From Malacoraja senta (lineage: Eukaryota), in contig CM075977.1 of NCBI GenBank assembly GCA_038087875.1, positions 118,296,001 to 118,360,000 of the forward strand: 64,000 nt of DNA, in the 5' to 3' direction. Both the position numbers and the translations under genes were made by a program. Below the pieces are notes generated by a model. It was not told where the DNA came from, did not search any database, and saw nothing but the letters and a program-made list of their open reading frames with translations. How positions within the stretch are numbered: position 1 is the first letter of the stretch; each line of letters begins with the position of its first letter. This document shows positions 49,036 to 61,487 of this stretch, piece after piece.

Positions 49036-50469
49036 TATTTTTTAGTTTTGGACGTGTGCTTATTACTAAACGGCAATACAGAAACACCGCATTTGGTGAA
49101 AATTAAATAATTTGATGTAATCTAAAAGAAAAAGGAAATTGGTTTGTGTATCAGGTTATAAGCTTTTGCGATTGATTGATTGATTGATTGAAAGATGTAA
49201 CATGGAAACAGGCCCATTGGCCTACTGCATCTAAGTTTAAATCATCTTACAATAGTTCTATGTTATCCCACATTTGCATTTTAATTTAAATTGCTTTATA
49301 TCATAGGATTTTTTTAAAAATTAAATAATTTGGACTAGAGCACATCTTAGCATTAACAGCATTAAAACCCCCCAACTAATAACAGTTATGTCCCTACTCA
49401 TTAAGGCACACTTTTAAATGACATTTTTTGGATATTATATGAATGATGACATTTTAGCAGGATTTGCACAGTAACATTCTGCATATTATACTGAATTATT
49501 TCTTGACAAAACAGCATATAGAACAGTACTGCACAGGAACAGGCCCATCCTCTCTGCTTAAAATAATTAAAATAAAATCTGATATTTCCATCCTGGAAGA
49601 AAGGTTCTGATTGTATACCATATCTCTGCTTCTCACTACATAATATACTTCTATCAGTACTCCTGCAATCTCTGATGTTCTAGAGATATCAATCCAAATC
49701 TGTCCAACCTATCCCTGCATCTGATACCCCCTAATCTAGGCATCATTTTGGTAAACCACCTCTGCACCCTTTCCAAAGCCTCCAGATCCTTCCTGTAATG
49801 GGCTCTTGGGCTGACCAGAATGGCATGCAATACTCTAAATGTGGACTAACCAAAGCCCTTTAAAGCTGCAATGTGACTTCCTGGGAATTCTTGTACTTAT
49901 TGCCTCCACCAATGAAAGGAAACATACCATATGCCTTCCTTACCTCTCTCTACTTGTGTTGCTACTTTGGGGGAATTATAGACATGGACCCCACAATCCC
50001 TCTGTACATCAATGCTGTTAAGGGTCTTGCCATTAATTGTATATTTTCTCCTTGCATTCAACCTCACACTTGCTCAGATTAAGCCATTTCTCCACCAATT
50101 TCTGTAAGTACAATATCCTGCTGAATACTTTGATAGCAGTCCATGACCCCAGCAATCTTTCTGTCATCTGCAAATTTATTTACCAACCTGTCTACATTTA
50201 TGTCCAAGTCCTTTACATATATCACAAACAACAGAACATAGCATATTGAACAGTACAGCACAGGAACAGACCCATACTCTCTCTGCTCAAAATGATGCCC
50301 AGACCAACTCTTATCTGCGTGCACATAATCCATATCCTTCCATTCCCTGCACGTCCATGGACCTATCCAAAGTCTCTTATCTTAGCTCCAAAACCCATTA
50401 TTGTTCCTGTCTCCACCACCACATTGACAGTGCATTCCAGGTACTCTCTACCCTCTGGTTAACAAAAAA

Positions 50470-51699
50470 CTAGACTAAGTGGGACCCGTTGGGTCCCTGT
50501 CACACAGGAGGCATGGCCCCCCCAGTGCAATATTCCACCACTCACCTATAGCTCCCAACTGCACAGACGCAGCTCATTTCCCCTCATCCCTTGCCTCTTC
50601 GCCCTCCCTCTTCTTTCCCCTACCCCAACCCCTCTCCCTCTCCTTTCCCCTACTGTCAGTCACCCTCCATAACTCCTCTCCCCTCCCTACCCCCCTCCTA
50701 TCCATTTATCCCCCACTCCTCACTTCCCCTATCGCCCCCACTATCCCTCAATTCCCCCACAGCCCTCCTCTCCCTCTATTCCCCATTCCCTTCCTTCCCT
50801 CTCCTCTACTCTCCCTCTATTCCCCCTCCTCCCCACGCTCCCTCTTCACCTCCTCCCTCTTCTGTTCCCTCTCCTACCCTCCCCCAATCCCTCCATCAAT
50901 CTCCTCTTCCCTACCCTCAGTCACTCCCTCCATAAATCCTCTCCCTTCCCTACTCCCCTCCTCTCCCCCTATCCCCTCTCCTCCCCCACACTCCCTCCTC
51001 ACCTCCCCAGGATCTTGAGATTGCCGCTCCTCTCCCTTCTTGCATGCCCCGGAGGAGCATCAGCCGTTGGCACCCTTAGAGCCAGTCCTCGGCTCAGCCC
51101 GGAAGCACCAGGAGGTTGTGGGTGGGGGAGAGTTCGGAGAAAAGACGGGGGAAGAGCAATGGGGGAGAGGGGGGTATCATGGGGAAGAGGGGCAGTAACC
51201 AGTGAGGGGGACCAGAGGGGAAGGGGCTGGAGCTGCAGGGCGTAGCGATGGCGGTGCATTTGAGACACAGCAGCCGCTGGACGCTCTCCTCCGCCGGGAT
51301 CAGACTTTCCGTTTGGCGACATCTCGGACTCCGGGCCGGGCCGCTACCGGTCCCTCGGAAAATTGTGTCCGGTTGGAGATCTCCGCCGGCCACCCGCAGC
51401 TCCAGTAAAGGCGTGATGACGCAGGCAGGGGCGGACCGTCGGGGAGTAACAGGAGAAGAGATCAATCCGCGTGGTGCTGACTGGCAGGAGAGGAGATCGA
51501 TCTGCGCACACGTGGTTTTTACGATTTTAAAACCTGGCTAACTTTTACAATATACTACCAATCGGAACAAAGGTTGTTGCACTCACAGCACCGGAGAACG
51601 GTGAGTGAGCTGACATAAAATTGCAGCGCTATCACGTACTGTTTTTGCGCAAATAGGAAAACCGTGCAAACTGGAAGAGCACAAGATCAGTTAGATAGA
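50470..51699 (-). mobile_element. Non-autonomous Helitron
   Basis: Minus-strand 3' end: hairpin GGGACCC-AAC-GGGTCCC then ACTTAGTCTAG|T; 5' A|TC near 51699; no TSD. Confidence 0.7.
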
Positions 51700-52412
51700 T
51701 GGATTGATTGTCACAACATTGATTACTTCAGTACACCACTGGTCACAGACCTCTAGCCTGAATGTTGTCCACCACAATCTGTCTTCCAGCAATAATCCTG
51801 AATCAATATGACCAAGTCATTGTTAATCCTGCACATCGCCGGATTAGCCTATCATGGGGGGCTTTATCAAATGCCTTATTAAAATCCATGTGGACAACAC
51901 CCATCATCCTACCCTGATCGGTCACCTTTGTCACCTCCGCAAACAACATGATCAAGTTAGTAAAAGATGATCTGCAGCATGCAAAACAATAGTGACTCAC
52001 CATTTAACCCATTCTCTTCCAAATGAAATTAAATCATATCTCAAATAATCCTCTCCAATAGCCACCCTATCACTAATGTGAGGATCGCTGGCCTATAATA
52101 CCCTGGATATTCTCTACTTCCCTTAAATAAAGGAATAACATGAGCTATTTTCCAGATCTATGAGGAGACGTAAAGATCTTTGTCAGGGCTCCCACAATCT
52201 CCTCTCTTGCCTCCCTCAATAACCTGGGATATATCCCATCAGCTCCTGGGGATTGATCCATCTTGATGCTCTTCAATAGCCCCAAAACCACCACTTTAAT
52301 CTTGAACTGCCCCTGCATATTAGTATTTCTCCATACCAATCGTGCTGTCCTCCATGTGGTTCTCCTTGGTAAAAATAGATGCAAAGTACTCATTTAGCAC
52401 CTCACTTACATT

Positions 52413-52504
52413 GTCTGAATAAGGGTTTCGGCCCGAAACGTTGCCTATTTCCTTTGCTCCATAGATGCTGCTACACCCACTGAGTTTCTCCAGCATTTTT
52501 GTGT
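52413..52504 (+). mobile_element. 92-bp PLE terminal fragment with TSD, inside an old CR1
   Basis: GTCTGAATAAGGGTTTCGGCCCGAAACGTTGCC...; ACCTCACTTACATT duplicated at 52399-52412 and 52505-52518. Confidence 0.8.
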
Positions 52505-52730
52505 ACCTCACTTACATTCCCTGATTCCAAGCACCAATTCCCTCCTTTATCCTTAAGTGCTCCTACCTTCTCCCTGGTTACCCCTTTGATTTTACTGTAG
52601 CTATAGAAAGCATTGGTATTTTATTTAATCCAACTAACAAAAGTCACTTTATGAACTCTTTTGGCCCTTTTAATTGCCTGAGTTCTTTCTTTCCTTTACA
52701 TTCCTCTTAAACCTTGCATGAGCAAATTTA

Positions 52731-53272
52731 AGGGTCTGTCCCACTGCAGTGACCTAATTGGCGAGTTTAACAGAGTTTGCCCTCGACTCATACACGCAGC
52801 ATGGTCGACACGAGGTCCTAGGAGGTCTTTGTAACTCTCCTTCATGCTCGAGAGTAGTCCCCGCGTACTCGAGGCCTCAGCTAGGTCGCGGCGTATTTTT
52901 CAACATGCTGAAAAATGCCCGCGAGTAAAAAAAGGTCGCCATGAAAAAAATCTAGATTTTTTTTAATCGTAGGTTTAGTCGAATTAGGTCGTAGTAGGTC
53001 GGCATGTTATTCCTAGGTAATCGAGGGTAGTCGAAGGTAATCGTAGATAGTCTTCAACACAGTAGAAGGGAGGTCAAAGGAGATCGAAGGAGGTCGTCTT
53101 CACTCTCCACTATTCAGTGTCCAATTTTCCTGAAGCTAGTCCTCAACATAGTCGAAGGAGGTCGAACTTGGTCTTCTACATAGTCGAAGGAGGTCTTCAA
53201 CATGACACTTTTTCAAACTCGCCTAAACTCTTCTAAACTCGCCAATTAAGTCGCCGCAGTGGGACAGCCCCT
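52731..53272. mobile_element. PIF/Harbinger-type MITE
   Basis: AGGGTCTGTCCCACTGC...GCAGTGGGACAGCCCCT with about 38-bp imperfect TIR; TTA TSD. Confidence 0.85.
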
Positions 53273-54348
53273 TTACTTCGTCATCCATGTCCTTCCTCAA
53301 TGGAACATGCCAGTCCTGAACTTTGATCAACTGGCCGACTCCCACATGTTAGATGTAAACTTGCCCAATAATAAGGGCTCCCAGTGTACCATCCCAAATT
53401 TCTGCCTACTATCATTGTAATTTGTCATTCCAATTTAGTATCTTAACGAAAGTTCCAACCTTCTCCCTGTTCAAAACAATCTTAAACTCATGGCATTGTG
53501 ATCATTATCCCTAAAATGTTTTTCTACTGTAACACCAGTCACCTGGCCAGGTTCATTTCCCAACATAATGCCTTGCCGCAAGGCTCGGTGTTGGTACCCC
53601 TGTTATTTACAATATATATTAACGATTTAGACAAGGGGATTAAATGTGACTTTCAAGAGAGAGCTAGATAGGGCTCTTAAAAATAGTGGAGTCAGGGGAT
53701 ATGGGGAGAAGGCAGGAACGGGGTACTGATTGGGGATGTTCAGCTATGATCACATTGAATGGCGGTGCTGGCTCGAAGCACCGAATAGCCTACTCCTGCA
53801 CCTATTGTCTATTGTCTTGTGACATCTCCAAGTTTGTAGGTGACACAAAGCTGGGTGGCAATGTGAGCTGCGATGAGGCTGCAGGGTGACTTGGATAGGT
53901 TGGATGAGTAGGCAGATGCATGGCAGATGCAGTATAATGTTGATAAATGTGAGGTTATCCACTTTGGTGGCAAGAACAGGAAGGCAGATTATTATCTGTA
54001 TAGTGTCAGATTAGGAAAAGGGGAGGTGCAACGAGACCTGGGTGTGCTTGTACATCAATCACTGAAAGTAAGCATGCAGGTACAGCAAGCAGTGAAGAAA
54101 GCTAATGGCCTTCATTGCGAGAGGATTTGAGTTTAGGAGCAAGGAGGTCCTACTGTAGTTGAACAGGGCCCTGATGAGACCGAACCAGGAGTATTGTGTA
54201 CAATTTTGGTCTCCTAATTTGAGGAAGGACATTATTGCTATTGAAGGAGTGCAGCAGAGGTTCACCAGGTTTATTCCCATGATGGCGGGACTGACATATG
54301 ATGAAAGAATGGGTCGACTGGGCTTGTATTCACTGGAATTTAGAAGGA

Positions 54349-55047
54349 TTTCTCAACATCAGTATAACCAAGGAACTGATTGTGGACTTTGGTGGGGTAA
54401 GGATGAGGACCCACAATCCTGTTTACATCAATGGGGCCTGTTTACATCAGTGGTGGAAGGGTCAAAAACTTCAAATTCCTGGGCGTGCATATTTCCAAAG
54501 ATCTTTCCTGGACGCAGCACAGTGATGCAATTATAAAGAAGGTACATCAGCAACTCTACTTCCTGAGAAGATAACAGAGGTTCGGCATGTCAAAAAGGAT
54601 CATCCTGAATCTCTACAGGTGCACAGTAGAGAGCATACTGGCTGGTTGCATCGTGGCCTGGTTCGGCAACTTGAACGTCCAGGAGCGGAAAAGACTGCAA
54701 AAAGTTGTGACCATTGCCCAGTCCACCACCGGCTTTGACCTCCCCACCATCGAAGGGATCTATCGAAGTCGCTGCCTCAAAATGGCAGCCAACATCATCA
54801 AAGACCCACATCATCCTGGCCACACACTGATTTCACTATTGCCATCGGGAAGAAAGTGCAGGAGCCTGAAAAAAGTAACGTCAAGGTTCAGGAACAGCTT
54901 CTTCACTACAGCCATGAGGCTATTAAACACGACGACAAATAAGCTCTGAACTACACCAGACTATTATTATTATTGCACTATATCTGTTATTTATTGAGTA
55001 TGTGTGCATGTATAGACACACACTGAACTTTTTTTTTCCTTCCCCCA
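54349..55047 (+). mobile_element. Rex1/Babar LINE 3' part (tail resumes at 57790-57882)
   Basis: TKELIVDF...YRCTVESILAGCIVAWFGN...LPSGRKCRS...RFRNSFF; GACAATAAAA plus (CTCTTGA)n. Confidence 0.88.
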
Positions 55048-55049
55048 TT

Positions 55050-57790
55050 ATAGAGAGAAAGGAAAAGGAGGTGGGGTAGCGTTGCTGGTTAGAGAGGAGA
55101 TTAACGCAGTGGAAAGGAAGGACATTAGCTTGGAGGATGTGGAATCGGTATGGGTAGAGCTGCGAAACACTAAGGGGCAGAAAACGCTGGTGGGTGTTGT
55201 GTACAGGCCACCTAGCAGTAGTAGTGAAGTTGGGGATGGCATCAAACACGAAATTAGAAATGCGTGCAACAAAGACAAAACAGTTATAATGGGTGACTTC
55301 AATCTACATATAGATTGGGTGAATCAAATTGGCAGGGGTGCTGAGGAAGAGGATTTCTTGGAATGTATGAGGGATAGTTATCTAAACCAACATGTAGAGG
55401 AACCAACGAGAGAGCAGGCTATTCTAGACTGGGTATTGAGTAATGAGGAAGGGTTAGTTAGCAGACTTGTGCGTGCCCCCTTGGGCAAGAGTGACAATAA
55501 TATGGTTGAGTTCTTCATTAGGATGGAGAGTGACATTGTTAATTCAGAAACAATGGTTCTGAACTTAAAGAAAGGTAACTTTGAGGGTATGAGACGTGAA
55601 TTGGCCAAGATTGACAGGCAATTAGTTCTAAAAGGGTTGACGGTGGATATGCAATGGAAGGCATTTAAAGACTGCATGGATGAACTACAAAAATTGTTCA
55701 TCCCAGTTTGGCAAAAGAATAAATCAGGGAAGGTAGTGCATCCGTGGATAACAAGGGAAATCAGGGATAGTATCAAAGCAAAAGATGATGCGTACAAATT
55801 AGCCAGAAAAAGCAGCATACCAGAGGACTGGGAGAAATTCAGAGACCGGCGGCAGAGGAGGACAAAGGGCTTAATTAGGAAAGGGAAAATAGATTATGAA
55901 AGGAAACTGGCAGGGAACATAAAAACTGACTGCAAAAGTTTTTATAGATATGTGAAGAGAAAGAGATTAGTTAAAACAAATGTAGGTCCCTTGCAGTCAG
56001 AAACAGGTGAATTGATCATGGGGAACAAGGATATGGCGGACCAATTGAATAACTACTTTGGTTCCGTCTTCACTAAGGAAGACATAAATAATCTGCCAGA
56101 AATAGCAGGGGGCCGCGGGTCAAAGGAGATGGAGGAACTGAGTAAAATCCAGGTTAGTCGGGAAGTGGTGTTGGGTAAATTGAATGGATTAAAGGCCGAT
56201 AAATCACCAGGGCCAGATAGGCTGCATCCCAGAGTCCTTAAGGAAGTAGCTCCAGAAATAGTGGATGCATTAGTGATAATTTTTCAAAACTCTTTAGATT
56301 CTGGAGTAGTTCCTGAGGATTGGAGGGTAGCAAACGTAACCCCACTTTTTAAGAAGGGAGGGAGAGAGAGAAAACGGGGAATTACAGACCAGTTAGTCTA
56401 ACATCGGTAGTGGGGAAACTGCTAGAGTCAGTTATTAAAGATGGGATAGCAGCACATTTGGAAAGTGGTGAAATCATTGGACAAAGTCAGCATGGATTTA
56501 CGAAAGGTAAATCGTGTCTGACGAATCTTATAGAATTTTTTGAGGATGTAACTAGTAGAGTGGATAGGGGAGAACCAGTGGATGTGTTGTATCTGGACTT
56601 TCAGAAGGCTTTCGACAAGGTACCACATAAGAGATTAGGATACAAACTTAAATCACACGGTATTGGGGGTTCAGTATTGATGTGGATAGAGAACTGGCTG
56701 GCAAACAGGAAGCAAAGAGTAGGAGTAAACGGGTCCTTTTCACAATGGCAGGCAGTGACTAGTGGGGTACCGCAAGGCTCAGTGCTGGGACCCCAGCTAT
56801 TTACAATTTATATTAATGATCTGGACGAGGGAATTGAAAGCAACATCTCCAAGTTTGCGGATGACACTAAGCTGGGGGGCAGTGTTAGCTGTGAGGAGGA
56901 TGCTAGGAGACTGCAAGGTGACTTGGATAGGCTGGGTGAGTGGGCAAATGTTTGGCAGATGCAGTATAATGTGGATAAATGTGAGGTTATCCACTTTGGT
57001 GGCAAAAACGGGAAGGCAGACTATTATCTAAATGGTGGCCGATTAGGAAATGGGGAGATGCAGCGAGACCTGGGTGTCATGGTACACCAGTCATTGAAAG
57101 TAGGCATGCAGGTGCAGCAGGCAGTGAAGAAAGTGAATGGTATGTTGGCCTTCATAGCAAGAGGATTTGAGTATAGGAGTAGGGAGGTTCTACTGCAGTT
57201 GTACATGGTCTTGGTGAGACCACACCTGGAGTATTGCGTACAGATTTGATCTCCAAATCTGAGGAAGGACATTATAGCCATAGAGGGAGTGCAGAGAAGG
57301 TTCACCAGACTGATTCCTGGGATGTCAGGACTTTCATATGAAGAAAGACTGGATAGACTTGGCTTATACTTGCTAGAATTTAGGAGATTGAGAGGGGATC
57401 TTATAGAAACGTACAAAATTCTTATGGGGTTGGACAGGCTAGATGCAGGAAGATTGTTCCCGATGTTGGGGAAGTCCAGGACAAGGGGTCACAGATTAAG
57501 GATAAGGGGGAAATCCTTTAAGACCGATATGAGGACAAACTTTTTCACACAGAGAGTGGTGAATCTCTGGAACTCTCTGCCACATAGGGTAGTTGAGGCC
57601 AGTTCATTGGCTATATTTACGAGGGAGTTAGATGTGGCCCTTGTGGCTAAAGGGATCAGGGGGTATGGAGAGAAGGCAGGTACGGGATACTGAGTTGGAT
57701 GATCAGCCATGATCATATTGAATGGCGGTGCAGGCTCGAAGGGCCGAATGACCTACTCCTGCACCTAATTTCAATGTATCTATGTATCTA
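55050..57790 (+). mobile_element. Young CR1 LINE, nearly complete ORF2 with a frameshift near 56370 and a TGA at 57247
   Basis: Endonuclease YRPP/MGDFN, RT QHGF...DFQKAFD...[10 protein letters not shown]...FADD, C-terminus; (CTATGTAT)n tail. Confidence 0.95.
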
Positions 57791-58695
57791 TGTACTATGT
57801 TTACGTATTCTGTTGTGCTGCATTAAGTAGGAATTTCATTGTCCTATCTGGGACATATGACAATAAAATACTCTTGACTCTTGGATGAGAGGGGATCTTA
57901 TAGAAACATATAAAATTCTTAACGGATTGGGCAGGCTAGATGCAGGAAAAATGTTCCCGATGTTGGGGGAGTCCAGAACTAGGGGTCACAGTTTAAGAAT
58001 AAGATGTAGGCCATTTAGGACTGAGATGAGGAAAAACGTCTTCACCCAGAGAGTTGGGAATCTGTGGAAATCTCTGCCACAGAAGGCAATGGAGGCCAAT
58101 TCACTGAATACTTTCAAGAGAGAGTTCGATTTAGCTCTTAGGGCTAAAGGAATCAAGGGATATGGGGAAAAAGCAGGAACGGGGTACTGATTTTAGATAA
58201 TCAGCCGAATGGCCTACTCCTGCACCTATTTTTCTATGTTTCCAAGTTCCCTTCTCCAGTTGGTCTATCCATATTGTTGAAGTCACAAAAGCTGTTGAAG
58301 GTGTACAATTCATTAATACATTGAACCAAGATGCCAGCCAGTACTTGCTATTTAACATACCCACTGACATTACCATTATACCTCTGATACACACAGACTT
58401 GATATTAACGCATTCATTGTCACTACCTTTGAACTCCACTCATAAGGTCATAAGGAATAGTAGTAGAATTAGGCCATTCGGTCCATCAAGTCTACTCCAC
58501 CATTCAATCATGGTTGTTCTATCACTCCTTCCCAACCCCATTCTCCTGCCTTCTCCCCTTAACCTCTGACACCTGTACTAATCAAGAATCTATCTATCTC
58601 TGCCTTAAAAATATCCACTGACTTAACCGCCACAGCCTTCTGTGGCAAATAATTCCCACCTTCTGACTAAAGAAATTTCTCCTCATCTCCGTCCT

Positions 58696-61113
58696 CAGCT
58701 ATATCACTTTTAAATACCGACCAGAAAATTCTAGCAAAGACTTTAGCTAGAAGACTAAGCAAATATATTAGTAAATTGATAAACCCTGATCAAACGGGGT
58801 TTATACCCAAAAGATATTCATTTAATAATTTGAGACGCCTGTTTAATATAATGTACTCACATAAAGTGGAGGAAAAAGACTTAGCAATTATTTCTTTGGA
58901 CGCAGAGAAAGCATTTGATCAGGTAGAATGGCAGTATTTATACAAAGTATTACAAAAATTTAATATGGGAGAGAATTTTATTGCATGGGTGAAATCATTA
59001 TATGATAAACCGATGGCAAGAATATTAACTAACAGCATGTTATCTCAAAATTTTCAATTATCAAGGGGTAATAGGCAGGGATGTGCTTTATCACCCCTAC
59101 TATTTGCCCTTATGATAGAACCTCTGGCTGAAAGTATAAGAAGCCATCCGAATATTCAGGGTTATAATACTAGGGACTCAAATAATAAAATTTCATTGTA
59201 TGCAGACGATATTTTGTTATATATAACAAATTCACAAACGAGCATACCAAATTTATTAAATTTAATAGAGGAATTTGGGTCCTTTTCTGGATATAGAATA
59301 AACTGGAACAAAAGTGAAATCATGACGTTAAAACCTCAAGAATCCACACACTTATTGAAATTCCCCTTTAAAATAGCAACAGAAAAATTCAAATATTTGG
59401 GTATTCAGATTACTAGAAAACATAAAGCTTTATTTAATGCCAATTTTATACCCTTAATAAATAAACTTAATATAATGATAAAATTTTGGAAAACACTCCC
59501 TTTATCATTAATAGGCAGAATAAATGCTATTAAAATGAGCTTCCTACCACAGTTATTATACCTATTTCAATCTATACCAGTATATGTACCAAAATATTTT
59601 TGTTCTAAACTGAACGCTAATATTACTAATTTTATTTGGGACTATAAATCACATAGAATTAAAAAAGAACACTTATGTAAACCGAAAGATGTCGGGGGAC
59701 TTTCACTCCCAAATTTTTTGTATTACTATTGGGCAACAGAGAAAGAGGATTGTTATCCTTGTAATATAGGAACAATCCTCTTCTCCCCGAAAAAAATGAA
59801 CAATACAATATATAAGAAAAACCCAATTATACAAGATACAATAAGAATATGGAAACAAATAAAATTATCCTTAAAATTAAGAAACCTATCATTGTTAACA
59901 CCGATAGCGAATAATCCTTTATTTAAACCATCTATGATGGATAAAATATATAATCAATGGGAAAGTTTAGGAATTAATAGGATCGGGGACATGTATGAAA
60001 TGGGAGATTTATTATCATTTCAACAATTACAATTAAAATTTAAACTGAAAAATACTCATTATTTTAAATATTTTCAGATTTGTAATTTTTTGAAGACATA
60101 CATACAGGGATATCAAAAAATAACTCCTGATTTACTAGAAGAAGTAATGAATATAAAAGCTGATATAGTATCTTAAATATAGATTTACCTGTGACCGAGG
60201 TAATTAGAGAAGAGTGGGAACGGGAATTATTGATAAAAATTACGAAGGCTACATGGGAAAAGTATTTGACATACATTCACAAGTGTTCGATTAACGCAAG
60301 ACATAACCTAATCCAATTTAAAATTTTACATAGATTATATTACTCAAAAACAAGATTAAATAAATTTTATCCAAATATATCGCCCATTTGCGATAAATGT
60401 TTAACCCAAGACGCAACTATAACACACTCTTTTGTTTCTTGTATAAAACTTCATGGATTTTGGAGTGATATTTTCGAAATATTTACAAAACTATTTAAGA
60501 CAAAAATGGAACCCAATAATGAATTGATTATATTTGGGGTAATGGAAGACGGGAACAAATTGAGCTCATCTCAAAAGTCAATTTTTAATTATGGTTTAAT
60601 AATAGCAAAAAAATTAATATTGAAATTTTGGAAAAATACACCAATACCAACGCTCAAAATGTGGATTGCAAGTATGTTGGATACCGCACATCTTGAGGAA
60701 ATGCGATTCCTCCTAATAGATAAATTTGACCAATTCATAACGAGTTGGTCTCCGTTTGTCGTCTTTTTGGAAACATATGGTGCAAAACAGGTGTAAAAGC
60801 TAATCCGTGACTGCGGATGGTCAAGATTATAAATGATCTCCTTCTATTTTCTTTTCTTCACTTCTCTTCTTTTATTCTCTTTCTTCTATTTTCTATGTCT
60901 CAACTTTCTTTTTTCATTCTTTATTTTTCTTTTTCACACACTATATATCTCACATTTTTCTATTTTTCATTACCTAACTTTTTTCTTTTTCTTCTTTATT
61001 TCAAATTTAAAAAAAAAATAAGAAGCTGTACATAAAAGGTATTATGAAAATATGATTGTATACAATTGTACTTACTTCTAATAAAATAAAAATATTAAAA
61101 AAATAAAAAAAAA
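58696..61113 (+). mobile_element. 5'-truncated L1-clade LINE inserted in a minus-strand CR1 fragment
   Basis: PDQTGF...LDAEKAFD...RQGCALSPLLF...LYADD; C-terminal CDKC...H..C; AATAAA plus poly(A); TSD TCCGTCCT (58688-58695 and 61114-61121). Confidence 0.93.
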
Positions 61114-61487
61114 TCCGTCCTTTCATTCTGAGGCTAAACTCTCCCACTAATGGAAACATCCTCTCCACATCCACTATCCAAGCCTTTCACTATTCTGTAT
61201 GTTTCAATGTGGTCCCTCCTCATCGTTCTAAACTCTAGCGAGAACAGGCCCACCAGTGCCGAAAAACGCTCATCATAGGTTAACCTACTCATTCCTGGGA
61301 TCATTCTTGTAAACCTCCTCTGGACCCTCTCCAGAGCCAGCACATCCTTCCTCAGATATGGTGCCCAAAATTGCTCACAATATTCCAAATGCGGCCTTAC
61401 CAGCACCCTATAGAGCCTCAACATTTGCATTCCTATTTTTGTATACAAGCCCTCTTGAGATAAATGCTAGCATTGAGTTTGCTTTCT

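Larger units (their letters stand above)
53575..58240 (+). mobile_element. Outer CR1 3' half (53575-54348 and 57884-58240) interrupted by nested Rex/Babar and CR1 insertions
   Basis: ...LYSLEFRR (54348) continues as [10 protein letters not shown] (57885); GGAT on both sides of the insert. Confidence 0.8.

Noticed and set aside
50479-51018. Pro/Ser/Leu-rich 179-aa ORF
   Set aside because: Translation of a C/T low-complexity tract.
52960-53200. CRISPR-like short repeats (GTCGAAGGAGGTC)
   Set aside because: Irregular spacing, no unique spacers, eukaryotic context; these are internal repeats of a MITE.
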